Of a stretch of 64,000 nt of DNA, positions 1-9,578 are shown piece after piece (the stretch's first letter is position 1; the number at the start of each line of letters is the position of its first letter). The notes beneath the pieces were generated by a model. The model searched no databases. It worked only from the letters and a program-made list of their open reading frames with translations, and was not told the DNA's origin. The translations under genes and the position numbers were made by a program. Source of the DNA: an uncultured Gemmatimonas sp. (GTDB lineage: Bacteria > Gemmatimonadota > Gemmatimonadetes > Gemmatimonadales > GWC2-71-9); the NCBI GenBank assembly GCA_964619465.1, contig CAZUES010000001.1, positions 198,730 through 262,729 on the forward strand, given 5' to 3'.

Positions 1-2979
1 CTTGGCCAGCGCGGCCACCAGTTCCGTCATCTGCTCGGGCTGACTCGGGTTCACCGCATAGGTCGTCGCATCGATCTGCTGGAATCCGGCGCCCGGCAGG
101 ACCGAGATCACGGTCCCATCGCGTCCCAGGCGGGTTGCAAGTGATGCACCCAGTCCCTGCTCGTCACGGAAAACCAGCCAGCGCATACCGGCCGCCAGTG
201 TCGTCTTCGCAGCAAGTGGGGCGCGCTGCCAGGTGGTTTCGTAGAACCACTGGCCGACATCGTTCCGCCGTGCCAGCGACGGCTTGGCTGCCGTGGCGCC
301 CTTGCCGGGCTGAATGAAGTACTGCTGGTGCTCGAAGGGATAGGTCGGCAGCGGAATCCGACGGCGCTGCTCGCCCTTCCAGAGACTGCTCCAGTTGGGT
401 ACGACACCGCCGAGCCAGAGGCGACCCACCATGGCGAGCGCGTGCGCGACGTCCGAGCCGGCCTCGTCCGGGTGGCGCATCGAGGTCAGCGTCGGTTGAT
501 CTGCCTTGCGATCGGAGTGGAGCGATGCCAGCGTCGCGAGGACTCGGCCCGGGCCGATCTCGAGCAGCACTCGACCTTCATCTCGGAGCAGTACGCCGAT
601 GCCATCGGCAAACCGAACCGTGTGGCGGAGATGTCGGACCCAGTACTCGGGGCTAGTCGCCTCCTCGGGCTTGATCCAGTCGCCCGTCACGTTGGAGACG
701 AATGGACGAGTCGGCGGGCTCAGCGCGATCCGGCGGAAAAACTCGCCGAACTCCTTGAGGATCGGCTCGAGCATGGCCGAATGGGCCGCGATGTTGATGC
801 GGATACGGCGGCAATCGATCTCATCGGCGGCGAGGGCCTTTTCCAGCGCATCGAGCGCGTGAAGGGGGCCGGACGCAACACAGAGTTCCGGCGCGTTGAT
901 CGCGGCAATCGAAAGCTCGGCGGGCAGCCGCTTCTCGAGGTCCGCGACGGCCAGCGGCACGCTGAGCATGCCGCCCGGCGGAATCCGCTCGAACAGCTTG
1001 CCACGCAGCGTAACCAGGGCCAGGCCGTCGGCGAGCGAGAAGACGCCGGCGAGATGGGCGGCGGTGTACTCGCCCATGCTGTGCCCGATCATCGCCTGCG
1101 GTTCGAGGCCCCAGGCCAGGCACAGCTTGGCCATGGCGTACTGGGTGATGAACAGGCAGGGCAGCGAGCGCGACGGGCGTTCGAGTTCCTCGCCCAGGCG
1201 GTCCCGATCGGCCGGAGCCGCCAGCAGCAGGGACTTGAGATCCCAGTCGAGTTGGGGCTGGAGCAGGGCAACGCACTCGTCCACGGCCGCGCGGTAGACC
1301 GGCTCCCGCTCGTAGAGATCCGCACCCATACCCGCGTACTGCGCACCGCCGCCGGCAAACATGAACGCCAGGGCGCGCTTTCGGTCGGAGACCTGAGCGG
1401 TCGGCACGACTTTGGGATCATTTCGCTCGAGCAGGTCGGCCGCTTCCGATGCGCTCTGCGCCACCACCATCCGGCGGTGAGCCAGTGCCTGGCGTCCGTT
1501 GGCGAGCGTAAACGCAACGTCGGCCGGCGAGTTCGGGTCCGTGCGCAGAGACGCAGCCAGGTTGGCACTGGCCGCATCGAGCGCCGTCGGGGTCTTGGCG
1601 GACAGCAGGTAGAGCTGGTGCTCGCGCGACGGTCCTGAGGGCGGCAGTGCCGGTGCCTCTTCGACGATCACATGTGCATTGGTACCGCCGGCACCGAGCG
1701 AACTGATACCGGCGCGGCGCGGGCCGCCATCGGTGGTCCAGTCACGGAGTTTGTCGTTCACGAAGAACGGGCTCGAAGCGAAGTCGATAGCCGGATTCGG
1801 CTCGGTGTAGTGCAGCGAAGGCGGAATCTGTCGATGCTTGAGCGCCTCGACCGTCTTGATCACGCTGGCAATGCCGGCTGCGGTATCGAGGTGCCCGACA
1901 TTCGACTTGAGCGATGCGATGGCGCAATATCCCGTTCGCTCCGCACCGGCGCCCTGGTAGGCCTGGGTCAACGCGGCGATCTCGATCGGGTCGCCGACCG
2001 GCGTCGCGGTGCCATGGCACTCGACGTACTGAATCGATTCCGGATCCACGTCCGCCAGCGCCAGAGCCTCAGCCACGGCCTGGGCCTGGCCGTCGACGCT
2101 CGGCGCCAGGAAACCGACTTTCTGGGCGCCGTCGTTGTTGATCGCGGAGCCCTTGATCACGGCGTGGATCGTGTCGCCGTCGCGGATGGCGTCCGCGAGG
2201 CGGCGGAGGACTACGATTCCTGTGCCGCTGCCGAATACGGTGCCCTCTGCCTTGGCGTCGAACGCGCGGCAGTGGCCATCCGGCGCCATGATCTCGCCCT
2301 CTTTGTACAGGTAGCCGACCGGATGCGGCTGCTTGACGGTGGTGCCCCCCGCGAGTGCCATGTCGCACTCGTTGTTGAGCAGGCTCTGGACCGCCAGGTG
2401 GACCGCCACGAGCGACGTGGAGCAGGCCGTCTGTACGTTGACGCTGGGGCCGCGCAGGTTCATCAGATACGATGCACGGGTGGCGAGGAAGTCCTTATCG
2501 TTGCCGGTGTGCCGGATCAGAAAGAAACCGACGTTCTCGACCAGCTCGGGGTTGGTGAGCAGGTTGAACATCATGTAGACGTTGGCGCCGCAACCGGCAA
2601 AGACGCCGACCGATCCGCCGAAGCGCTCGGGTGCGTGGCCGGCGTGTTCCATTGCCGTCCAGGCGACTTCGAGGAAATGGCGTTGCTGCGGGTCCATGAT
2701 GGCCGCCTCGCGCGGAGCAAACCCGAAGAAGCCCGCGTCGAATCCGGCCATGTCGGGCATCTGAAACGAGGCGCGCACATAGTCCGGATCGGTCAACAAC
2801 TCGTCGGAAACCCCTGCGGCGCGCAACTCCTCGTCGGTCAGTCGAGTGACGCTCTCGACGCCGTCGCGAAGATTGCTCCAGAAAGTGGCGACGTCCGAGG
2901 CACCCGGGAACCGGCCCGCCAGGCCGACGATGGCGATGTCGGTCTCGGCGGAACCGGGAGGAAGCTGCTGCTCGCTCAT
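1..2979 (-). CDS. Type I polyketide synthase (KS-AT-, continuing past the left edge; partial)
   Basis: Missing from the ORF track because there is no stop in the window. Manual translation from ATG 2979 gives MSEQQLPPGSAETDIAIVGLAGRFPGA, KS motifs VQTACSTS, ECHGTATPVGDPIE and KSNVGHL, AT motifs GHSMGEY and NIAAHS, then post-AT LPTYPFE and a WFYETTW...WLVF.D..GLG segment resembling the start of a KR structural subdomain. Motifs sampled along the gene all fall in one frame, down to about position 120. Confidence 0.95.
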   Translation of the reverse strand, partial: MSEQQLPPGSAETDIAIVGLAGRFPGASDVATFWSNLRDGVESVTRLTDEELRAAGVSDELLTDPDYVRASFQMPDMAGFDAGFFGFAPREAAIMDPQQRHFLEVAWTAMEHAGHAPERFGGSVGVFAGCGANVYMMFNLLTNPELVENVGFFLIRHTGNDKDFLATRASYLMNLRGPSVNVQTACSTSLVAVHLAVQSLLNNECDMALAGGTTVKQPHPVGYLYKEGEIMAPDGHCRAFDAKAEGTVFGSGTGIVVLRRLADAIRDGDTIHAVIKGSAINNDGAQKVGFLAPSVDGQAQAVAEALALADVDPESIQYVECHGTATPVGDPIEIAALTQAYQGAGAERTGYCAIASLKSNVGHLDTAAGIASVIKTVEALKHRQIPPSLHYTEPNPAIDFASSPFFVNDKLRDWTTDGGPRRAGISSLGAGGTNAHVIVEEAPALPPSGPSREHQLYLLSAKTPTALDAASANLAASLRTDPNSPADVAFTLANGRQALAHRRMVVAQSASEAADLLERNDPKVVPTAQVSDRKRALAFMFAGGGAQYAGMGADLYEREPVYRAAVDECVALLQPQLDWDLKSLLLAAPADRDRLGEELERPSRSLPCLFITQYAMAKLCLAWGLEPQAMIGHSMGEYTAAHLAGVFSLADGLALVTLRGKLFERIPPGGMLSVPLAVADLEKRLPAELSIAAINAPELCVASGPLHALDALEKALAADEIDCRRIRINIAAHSAMLEPILKEFGEFFRRIALSPPTRPFVSNVTGDWIKPEEATSPEYWVRHLRHTVRFADGIGVLLRDEGRVLLEIGPGRVLATLASLHSDRKADQPTLTSMRHPDEAGSDVAHALAMVGRLWLGGVVPNWSSLWKGEQRRRIPLPTYPFEHQQYFIQPGKGATAAKPSLARRNDVGQWFYETTWQRAPLAAKTTLAAGMRWLVFRDEQGLGASLATRLGRDGTVISVLPGAGFQQIDATTYAVNPSQPEQMTELVAALAK

Positions 2980-2982
2980 TGC

Positions 2983-5900
2983 TTACTGATCCTGTGAATC
3001 TGGACTCGCGCCGGCCGGGCGACGCCCGCGCCGGCGCTGCATCGCTTCGCGCCGGGCATCGGCCCGCGCTTGTGAGACTTCCGTAGTGGCGACGGCCGGA
3101 GCTGCGCCGCCCAAATGTTCCGCCAGCGACCGGATGGTCGGGAAGCGGAAGAGATCGGTGATCGACACCGGACGATCGATCGCGCTCCGAAGCCGCGAAT
3201 GCACTTTCACCGTCAGGAGCGAGTGTCCGCCGATATCGAAGAAATTGTCGTTGACGCCGACCTGGGGAACCCGAAGCGCTTCCTGCCAGATCGCGGCAAT
3301 GGTCTGTTCGAGTTCGCTGCCCGGCTGTACGTAGCTGGCAGCTGGTGCGGCGCTGTGGTCGGGCGCGGGCAGTGCTTTGCGGTCGATCTTGAGATTGGGC
3401 GTCCGCGGCAACCGGTCGAGGACCACGACATGGCTCGGGACCATGTACTCCGGGAGCCGCGCGCCGATGGCCTGGCGGATTTCCATCGGGTCGGGTCGCT
3501 GCCCTGTGCGGGCAACCAGATAGGCCACGATCCGTTTGTCTCCCGGAACATCTTCTCGCGCAATGACCACGGCTTCCCGTACCGTCGGGTGCTGCTCGAC
3601 GATGGCCTCGATCTCGCCCAGTTCGATCCGGTGGCCGCGAATCTTGACCTGGTGATCGAGCCGGCCGAGGAACTCGAGCTGCCCGTCCATGCGCCAGCGC
3701 ACCAGGTCGCCGGTGCGATAGACCCGGTTGCCCGGCGCCAGCGGATCGTCGATGAACCGCTCGGCCGTCAGCTCCGGACGATTCAGATAGCCGCGCACCA
3801 CGCCCGCGCCGCCGATCAGCAGTTCGCCGGCCACGCCGACGGGAACCGGTTCGAGGTTCCGATCGACCACGCGGCAGACCGTATTGGCAATCGGCGTTCC
3901 GAGCGACACCGACGTGACGCCCTGTTCCAGCCGATGGGTGGTCGACCAGATGGTCGTTTCCGTCGGACCGTACATGTTGATGACGTCACCCTGGACCAGC
4001 TGCTCCAGCTCGCCGGCCAGAGCGGGCGGGAACGCCTCGCCGCCGATCATCAGCCTGGTGAGTCCGGCAAAGCCGGGTTTGACCTCGGGCTGCGCGGCCA
4101 GCATCGCCGCCATCGACGGCGTGCACTGGAAATGGGTCACATTCCAGCGGCGGAGCTGGGCAGGAATGTCATAGTCGGCTGAGGCGCTCGCGGAGGACTC
4201 CTCCGAGCGACGGCGCAGTTCCGCGAGATCCTCCAGGCCCGCCAGGGTGTCGTCGATCGAAACCCCGAAGTCGATCAGGCAGGCAATCTCGTCGACGTCC
4301 ATGCCCTTGACCCGCTCGACCATCTCGAACGTCGTCTCGGGCGTTCCCATCAGGGCGCTGGTGTCGAAGTACCGATGGAAGGCATGGTCGAGCAGCGCCT
4401 CCATGTCCTCCTTGGTAAACTCGGCCGATCGCATGTCCTGACCCCGTCCCTCCGCCAGGCCCTTGATCAGGTCTACGGAGGTGCGCAGGTATTCTCGGAA
4501 CGGATGCCAGACCCGGGCTTTGACCTGTTCCATGTCGGGATGGACATAGGTATGGAGCATCAGGCTGACATGCCCGGCTCCCGCGTGGCCGGCTCGGCGC
4601 CAGGCCGCCCGGTACGCAGCAACCTTCTCGCGCAGAATCTCGGGGCTCTGTCCCAGCAGATGGGTCAGGATGTTGGCGCCGAGTTCTCCGGCTTTCTCGT
4701 ACGTCGCGGTGGTGCCGGCGGCGGTTACCCAGATCGGAAGTTCCGGCTGAATCGGGCGCGGCAGCGTCGTGATCGAGACATCCTTACCGGCTCCCCCCGG
4801 CATGGTAACCGCCTCGCCGCGCCAAAGGCGCCGGACGGTATCGATCATTTCCACCATGATCTCGCGCCGCCGCTCGTAGTTCTGCGGAGCAAAGACGAAA
4901 TCGCGATCGTGCCAGCCCGAGGCGAACGCCAGACCGACGCGACCGTTCGACAGGTTGTCGATCACGGCCCAGTCTTCGGCCACGCGGACGGGGCTGTGGA
5001 GCGGAAGCACCACGCTTCCCGTGCGAATCTTGATCCGCGACGTAATGGCCGCGATCGCTCCGCTCACCACCGCCGGGTTCGGGTAGAGACCGCCGAAGGC
5101 GTGGAAGTGTCGTTCGGGCGTCCAGATTGCCTCGAACCCGTTGGCGTCACCGAACTTGGCACCTTCGAGCAGCATGCGGTATCGGTCGCCGGGGGCGGCA
5201 TCGGCGGCGCTCGAGAAGTAGAAGAGGCTGAAGCCCAGCTTGCGATCCGACCGGGGAGTGCCCGTCTGCGCGCGCACTCGTTCGGGGTCGCCCTGGATCA
5301 CGACGTGGAAGCCGCGCGTCAGGGTCCAGAAGAGTTCGAGCACCGAGATGTCGAACGAGATGCTGGTGACCGCGAGCCAGGTGCCCGGCCCGTCGCCGCC
5401 GATCCGCTCGTCCATCCCGAGGAAGAAGTTGACCACGTTTCGGTGCTCGATCATGACGCCCTTGGGACGCCCGGTCGAACCCGAGGTGTAGATCACGTAG
5501 GCCAGGTCACTCGGCGCGGCGCCGCCATCCAGGTTGTCGTCCGGCAGGCGCGCAAATGACACCGCATCCAGGTCGACCCGCAGAACCTTGGCAGTCGTGG
5601 CCGGCAAGCGATCGACCAGGCGACCTTGGGTGATGATGACCGGCGCCGCGCTGTCTTCCAGCATGAAGGCGACCCGATCGGCCGGATAGGCCGGGTCCAG
5701 AGGCAGGTACGCACCTCCCGCCTTGAGGGTCGCCAGCATGCCGACCAGCATCTCGAGCGACCGCTCCGCAAAGATGCCGACCGGAACCCCGGCAGCCACG
5801 CCCAGCTCGCGGAGGCGTCGAGCCAGCCGATTCGCGCGCGTGTTGAGGTCATGGTAGCTCAGCGTCTCGTGCTCGAAGCTTGCGGCGGGCGCATCGGGCG

Positions 5901-8900
5901 TCAGCGCCACTTGGCGTTCGAACTGCGTGACCAGGGTGTCCGCGGCAGGCAGGGCTCGAACTGTGTCGTTCCAGACCCGATCGATCTGCACGTGCTCCGC
6001 CGGCGTCAGGATCCCCAGGCGCTCGATCGGCAGATCGGGTGCTCTGGCGGCTGCGCCGAGCAGCGTGACATAGTGGTTACCCAGGCGCTCGATCGTCGCT
6101 GCGTCGAACAGGTCGGTGTTGTACTCGAGATGGCCGACGTACCCCCCATCTTGCACGGCAAGCGAGAGGGTCAGGTCGAACTTGGCGGCGCCGGCGTCGA
6201 CGTCGATCTGTTCCAGGACCACGCCCGGCAGCGCCAGCGGGTGGACCGGCGTGTTCTGCAGGATGAAGAGCACCTGGAAGAGCGGTGAACGGCTCAGGTC
6301 GCGCGGCAGGTGAAGCCCCTCGACCAGGCGTTCGAATGGCAGGTCCTGATGCTGGAAGGCGCCCAGGGCCACTTCGCGAACCCGGCCGAGCAGCGTCCGG
6401 AAGCTGGGATTGCCGGCCAGGCTGGTGCGCAGCGCCAGGGTATTGACGAAGAACCCGATCAGCCCTTCCGTCTCGAGCCGGGTCCGTCCAGCCGTCGGCG
6501 ATCCGACAATGATGTCATCCTGCCCGGTGTACCGGCTGAGCATGGCCTGAAAGGCGGCCAGCAGCACCATGAACGCGGTGGCATCCTCTTCGGCGCCGAG
6601 TGTTTTGAGTCGGGCGGCGAGTTCGGTCGGAATCTCGAAACGGTGCGTCGAGCCCTTGAAGGTCTGAATAGGGGGACGCGCGCGGTCGGTCGGCAAGTCG
6701 AGTGTCGGCAGCGGTGCGGCGAGCAGACGGGTCCAATGCTCGAGCTGCCGGGCCAGGACCGATTCACTCAGCCAATCCCGCTGCCAGGCCGCGAAGTCGC
6801 CGTACTGGATCGGCAGCTCGGCCAGCGGCGAGGGTTCGCTCGACGCGTAGGCGCGGTAGAGTGCGCCGATTTCCTGATAGAGCACCCCGCGCGACCACCC
6901 GTCGGAGACGATGTGGTGCATCACGATGACCAGGAGGTGGTCGTCTGCGGACGTTTTGAGCAGCGTACCCCGAAACAGCGGTCCATTACTCAGGTCGAAC
7001 GGCTGCGAGGCAAGGTCTGCCGCGCGGCGGGTCAACGTCTCGTCGCTTGCGGGGGAGATCGTCTCGACGGCGAGGGTAAATCCATCGGCCGGTCTGACCA
7101 CCTGGCGGGCCACGCCATCGGTGCTGGGGAACGTCGTGCGCAGCGCCTCGTGACGCCGGACGATTTCCGTCAGGGTGCGTTCGAGTGCGCTCCGATCCAG
7201 TGCGCCGCGCATCCGGAATGCGGCCACCAGATTGTAGGCGGCGCTGTCCGGCTCGATCTGGTTGAGCACCCAGAGTCGTTCCTGAGCAAACGAGAGCGGG
7301 GCCGTCGTCCCCTCGGGCAGCCGGCCGATGGCGATGTCGGCCCCGCCGGATTCCTGGCCGAGTGCCACGACGGCCGCGGTCAGCGCAGCAACCGTTGGCT
7401 GCTCGAACAGTACTCTGAGCGGTGGTTCGGCGCCGAAGACGGAACGCACCCGCGCCAGCACCCGAACGGCCATCAGCGAGTGGCCGCCGATCTCGAAGAA
7501 ATGATCGTGGACGCCGACCGGAGACACTCCGATCACGTCCTCCCAGATGCGCGCCATGGCCCGCTCGGCGTCGGTCCGCGGCGCCAGGTACGCGGCGCCG
7601 TCGGCGCCGAAGGTAACGGGCAGGGACGACAGGGCGCCACGGTCGAGCTTGCCATTCGGCGTCCGGGGCAACGCAGGCAGAACCTGGAAGGCCGACGGGA
7701 CCATGTACTCCGGGACCGAACGGAGCAGGTGTTCCCGAAGCTCTCGACTGGTCGGAGCAGTGCCGTTCGAGGACGTCACGAAGGCAACCAGTGCCGTTTC
7801 GCCCTGGTGCTCGCGGGCCTGCACGGCCGCCGCCGTTACCTGCGGATGGCGCTGCAGCGTTGCTTCGACTTCTTCCACCTCGACCCGGTGGCCGCGCACT
7901 TTGAGCTGGTTGTCACGTCGCCCGGTAAAGGTGAGCAGTCCGTCCGGACGCCGAAGGCCCAGGTCGCCGGTGCGATAGAGCCGCCGCCCGACGGCCGGGT
8001 GTTCAACGAACCGCTCGGCGGTCAGATCCGGGCGATTGTGATAGCCGGGACCGACCGCAGCGCCGCCGATCCAGATCTCTCCGGCGGTACCGTCCGGCAC
8101 CGGTGAGCCCGACTCGTCCAGCAGGTGGATTTCGGTGCGCGGCAAGGGCGATCCAAGCGGAGCGACCGCGCTATCGGCCAGGAGGCTCGGGGTCAGGGTC
8201 ACGGTCGAGACGATGCCTGCCGTCTCGGTCTGTCCATACATGTTGATGAAGCGGGTCTGGCCGCCGGTGAGGGCCAGCCAGCGCTGAACCAGCGCCGATG
8301 GAAGCGGCTCGCTGGCCGACAGCGTCAGGCGCAGCGTCGAGCCTGCCAGCTGCGAGGGATCACTCTCCGCGGTTTCGATCAGGCGTGACCAGTACGACGG
8401 CACCAGGTCGATCACGGTTACCCGGGCGCGGCGGCACACCTGCAGCAGCTCCCGCGGGTCGGCAATCTCGGCGCGGCGCGCAATGACCACGCAGCCGCCC
8501 GTCAGCAGGGGCGCGAACAGCTGACGCACCGACGACGAGAAGGCCAGCGATGCGGTATGGAGGAATCGGTCCTGAGCTGCCAAACCGATCGCTTCTGTGA
8601 TGGCTGCGCTGTAATGGCTGAGGTTCCCATGAGTGATGATGACACCCTTGGGTTGGCCGGTTGAGCCCGACGTATATATCAGATAGGCTGGTGTGCCCGG
8701 TTCGACGTTTTCCGTCTCGGCTGGTTCGGCGGTGGTGGTGTCGTCGAGCAGGATTTCCCGTACGCCGGCCTCGGCCAACTCGCCGGAGCGCGCCCGGCTG
8801 GTGAGCAGGGTGGTTGCACCGGAGTCTCTCAGGATCCAGGTCATGCGGTCGCGCGGGTACGCCGGATCGAGGGGAACCCACGCTGCGCCGAGCTTCAGAA

Positions 8901-9150
8901 TTCCGAGGATTGCGGCGACCATGTCGCCGCCGCGATCGAGGTAGAGGCCGACGAAGTCACCGGACCGGACTCCGGCGGCCTTGAGTCGACCAGCTACCAG
9001 GGCCGCTCTCGCGTCGAGTTCAGCATAGGTCAACTGCTCGTCGCCCCAATGCACGGCCGACGCCCGAGATCGGGCTTCCAGTTGGGTCGCGATTACCTTG
9101 GCGACGCCGCCGGTCCACGGTTGTGCTGCAATGGGCGAAGTCGTGGTCAT
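2983..9150 (-). CDS. NRPS, A-T-C-A(interrupted by a luciferase-like monooxygenase domain)-T, 2055 aa
   Basis: Two A3 motifs (YLIYTSGSTGQPKG, YVIYTSGSTGRPKG), two carrier motifs (FFEIGGHSL, FFDIGGHSL) and C-domain HHIVSDG. LLM segment KLGFSLFYFSS...PERHFHAFGGLYPNP...GLAFASGWH at ~4215-5243. Stop is 3 bp from the PKS start. Confidence 0.96.
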   Translation of the reverse strand: MTTTSPIAAQPWTGGVAKVIATQLEARSRASAVHWGDEQLTYAELDARAALVAGRLKAAGVRSGDFVGLYLDRGGDMVAAILGILKLGAAWVPLDPAYPRDRMTWILRDSGATTLLTSRARSGELAEAGVREILLDDTTTAEPAETENVEPGTPAYLIYTSGSTGQPKGVIITHGNLSHYSAAITEAIGLAAQDRFLHTASLAFSSSVRQLFAPLLTGGCVVIARRAEIADPRELLQVCRRARVTVIDLVPSYWSRLIETAESDPSQLAGSTLRLTLSASEPLPSALVQRWLALTGGQTRFINMYGQTETAGIVSTVTLTPSLLADSAVAPLGSPLPRTEIHLLDESGSPVPDGTAGEIWIGGAAVGPGYHNRPDLTAERFVEHPAVGRRLYRTGDLGLRRPDGLLTFTGRRDNQLKVRGHRVEVEEVEATLQRHPQVTAAAVQAREHQGETALVAFVTSSNGTAPTSRELREHLLRSVPEYMVPSAFQVLPALPRTPNGKLDRGALSSLPVTFGADGAAYLAPRTDAERAMARIWEDVIGVSPVGVHDHFFEIGGHSLMAVRVLARVRSVFGAEPPLRVLFEQPTVAALTAAVVALGQESGGADIAIGRLPEGTTAPLSFAQERLWVLNQIEPDSAAYNLVAAFRMRGALDRSALERTLTEIVRRHEALRTTFPSTDGVARQVVRPADGFTLAVETISPASDETLTRRAADLASQPFDLSNGPLFRGTLLKTSADDHLLVIVMHHIVSDGWSRGVLYQEIGALYRAYASSEPSPLAELPIQYGDFAAWQRDWLSESVLARQLEHWTRLLAAPLPTLDLPTDRARPPIQTFKGSTHRFEIPTELAARLKTLGAEEDATAFMVLLAAFQAMLSRYTGQDDIIVGSPTAGRTRLETEGLIGFFVNTLALRTSLAGNPSFRTLLGRVREVALGAFQHQDLPFERLVEGLHLPRDLSRSPLFQVLFILQNTPVHPLALPGVVLEQIDVDAGAAKFDLTLSLAVQDGGYVGHLEYNTDLFDAATIERLGNHYVTLLGAAARAPDLPIERLGILTPAEHVQIDRVWNDTVRALPAADTLVTQFERQVALTPDAPAASFEHETLSYHDLNTRANRLARRLRELGVAAGVPVGIFAERSLEMLVGMLATLKAGGAYLPLDPAYPADRVAFMLEDSAAPVIITQGRLVDRLPATTAKVLRVDLDAVSFARLPDDNLDGGAAPSDLAYVIYTSGSTGRPKGVMIEHRNVVNFFLGMDERIGGDGPGTWLAVTSISFDISVLELFWTLTRGFHVVIQGDPERVRAQTGTPRSDRKLGFSLFYFSSAADAAPGDRYRMLLEGAKFGDANGFEAIWTPERHFHAFGGLYPNPAVVSGAIAAITSRIKIRTGSVVLPLHSPVRVAEDWAVIDNLSNGRVGLAFASGWHDRDFVFAPQNYERRREIMVEMIDTVRRLWRGEAVTMPGGAGKDVSITTLPRPIQPELPIWVTAAGTTATYEKAGELGANILTHLLGQSPEILREKVAAYRAAWRRAGHAGAGHVSLMLHTYVHPDMEQVKARVWHPFREYLRTSVDLIKGLAEGRGQDMRSAEFTKEDMEALLDHAFHRYFDTSALMGTPETTFEMVERVKGMDVDEIACLIDFGVSIDDTLAGLEDLAELRRRSEESSASASADYDIPAQLRRWNVTHFQCTPSMAAMLAAQPEVKPGFAGLTRLMIGGEAFPPALAGELEQLVQGDVINMYGPTETTIWSTTHRLEQGVTSVSLGTPIANTVCRVVDRNLEPVPVGVAGELLIGGAGVVRGYLNRPELTAERFIDDPLAPGNRVYRTGDLVRWRMDGQLEFLGRLDHQVKIRGHRIELGEIEAIVEQHPTVREAVVIAREDVPGDKRIVAYLVARTGQRPDPMEIRQAIGARLPEYMVPSHVVVLDRLPRTPNLKIDRKALPAPDHSAAPAASYVQPGSELEQTIAAIWQEALRVPQVGVNDNFFDIGGHSLLTVKVHSRLRSAIDRPVSITDLFRFPTIRSLAEHLGGAAPAVATTEVSQARADARREAMQRRRGRRPAGASPDSQDQ

Positions 9151-9333
9151 AGAGCCGAGCTAGAATTGCGTGTTTAGCCTGGTTTGACAGAGCTACCAGG
9201 GCGACCAGTTGTGACGAAGCAAGAATCGGGCGCATCACAGGCAACGACTTGCAGCGGCTTGGCTCGACTTGCTCTTGCGGAACAACACTTTCGTTGCATT
9301 CTAGCCGCAGGACCCCTCCGAAACATCCTTAAG

Positions 9334-9373
9334 TGTTGCGACGACGCAGCGCCACTGTTGCGCATGCGCATGG
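9334..9373. promoter_or_regulatory. Tandem TGTTGC-N4-RCGCA motif (22-bp period), candidate upstream activator site
   Basis: TGTTGCGACGACGCAGCGCCACTGTTGCGCATGCGCATGG; 27/40 identical without gaps to 20642-20681. Confidence 0.6.
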
Positions 9374-9524
9374 CGGTATATCGCTGTGGGCCTCATCCTT
9401 TTGGTCGGCGGCAACTTCGGCAGGCGAGTTGTTTCCGCCAGGTCCCGGTCTTGGTTTGCTCGGCCGGCCTGCTCGGTCCTGTGTAGGGTCCACGCGACAA
9501 CCTGGACGTCCCGGTATTGCATTA

Positions 9525-9540
9525 CGGCACTGGGTTTGCT
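9525..9540 (+). promoter_or_regulatory. Sigma54 (-24/-12) promoter of the glycosyltransferase operon
   Basis: CGGCACTGGGTTTGCT matches GGCAC-N5-TTGC with exact GG-N10-GC spacing; ATG at 9579. Confidence 0.75.
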
Positions 9541-9578
9541 CCTAGGACACCCATAATTTGATCCGAAGCCGGAAGACC

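Noticed and set aside
108-407. Short minus-strand ORF that might indicate a PKS frameshift
   Set aside because: Manual translation shows the PKS frame continues uninterrupted through this region; the ORF is in another frame.
328-2997. Long plus-strand ORFs 328-1638 and 1672-2997
   Set aside because: Antisense shadows of the minus-strand PKS, which carries all the real motifs; typical of high-GC DNA.
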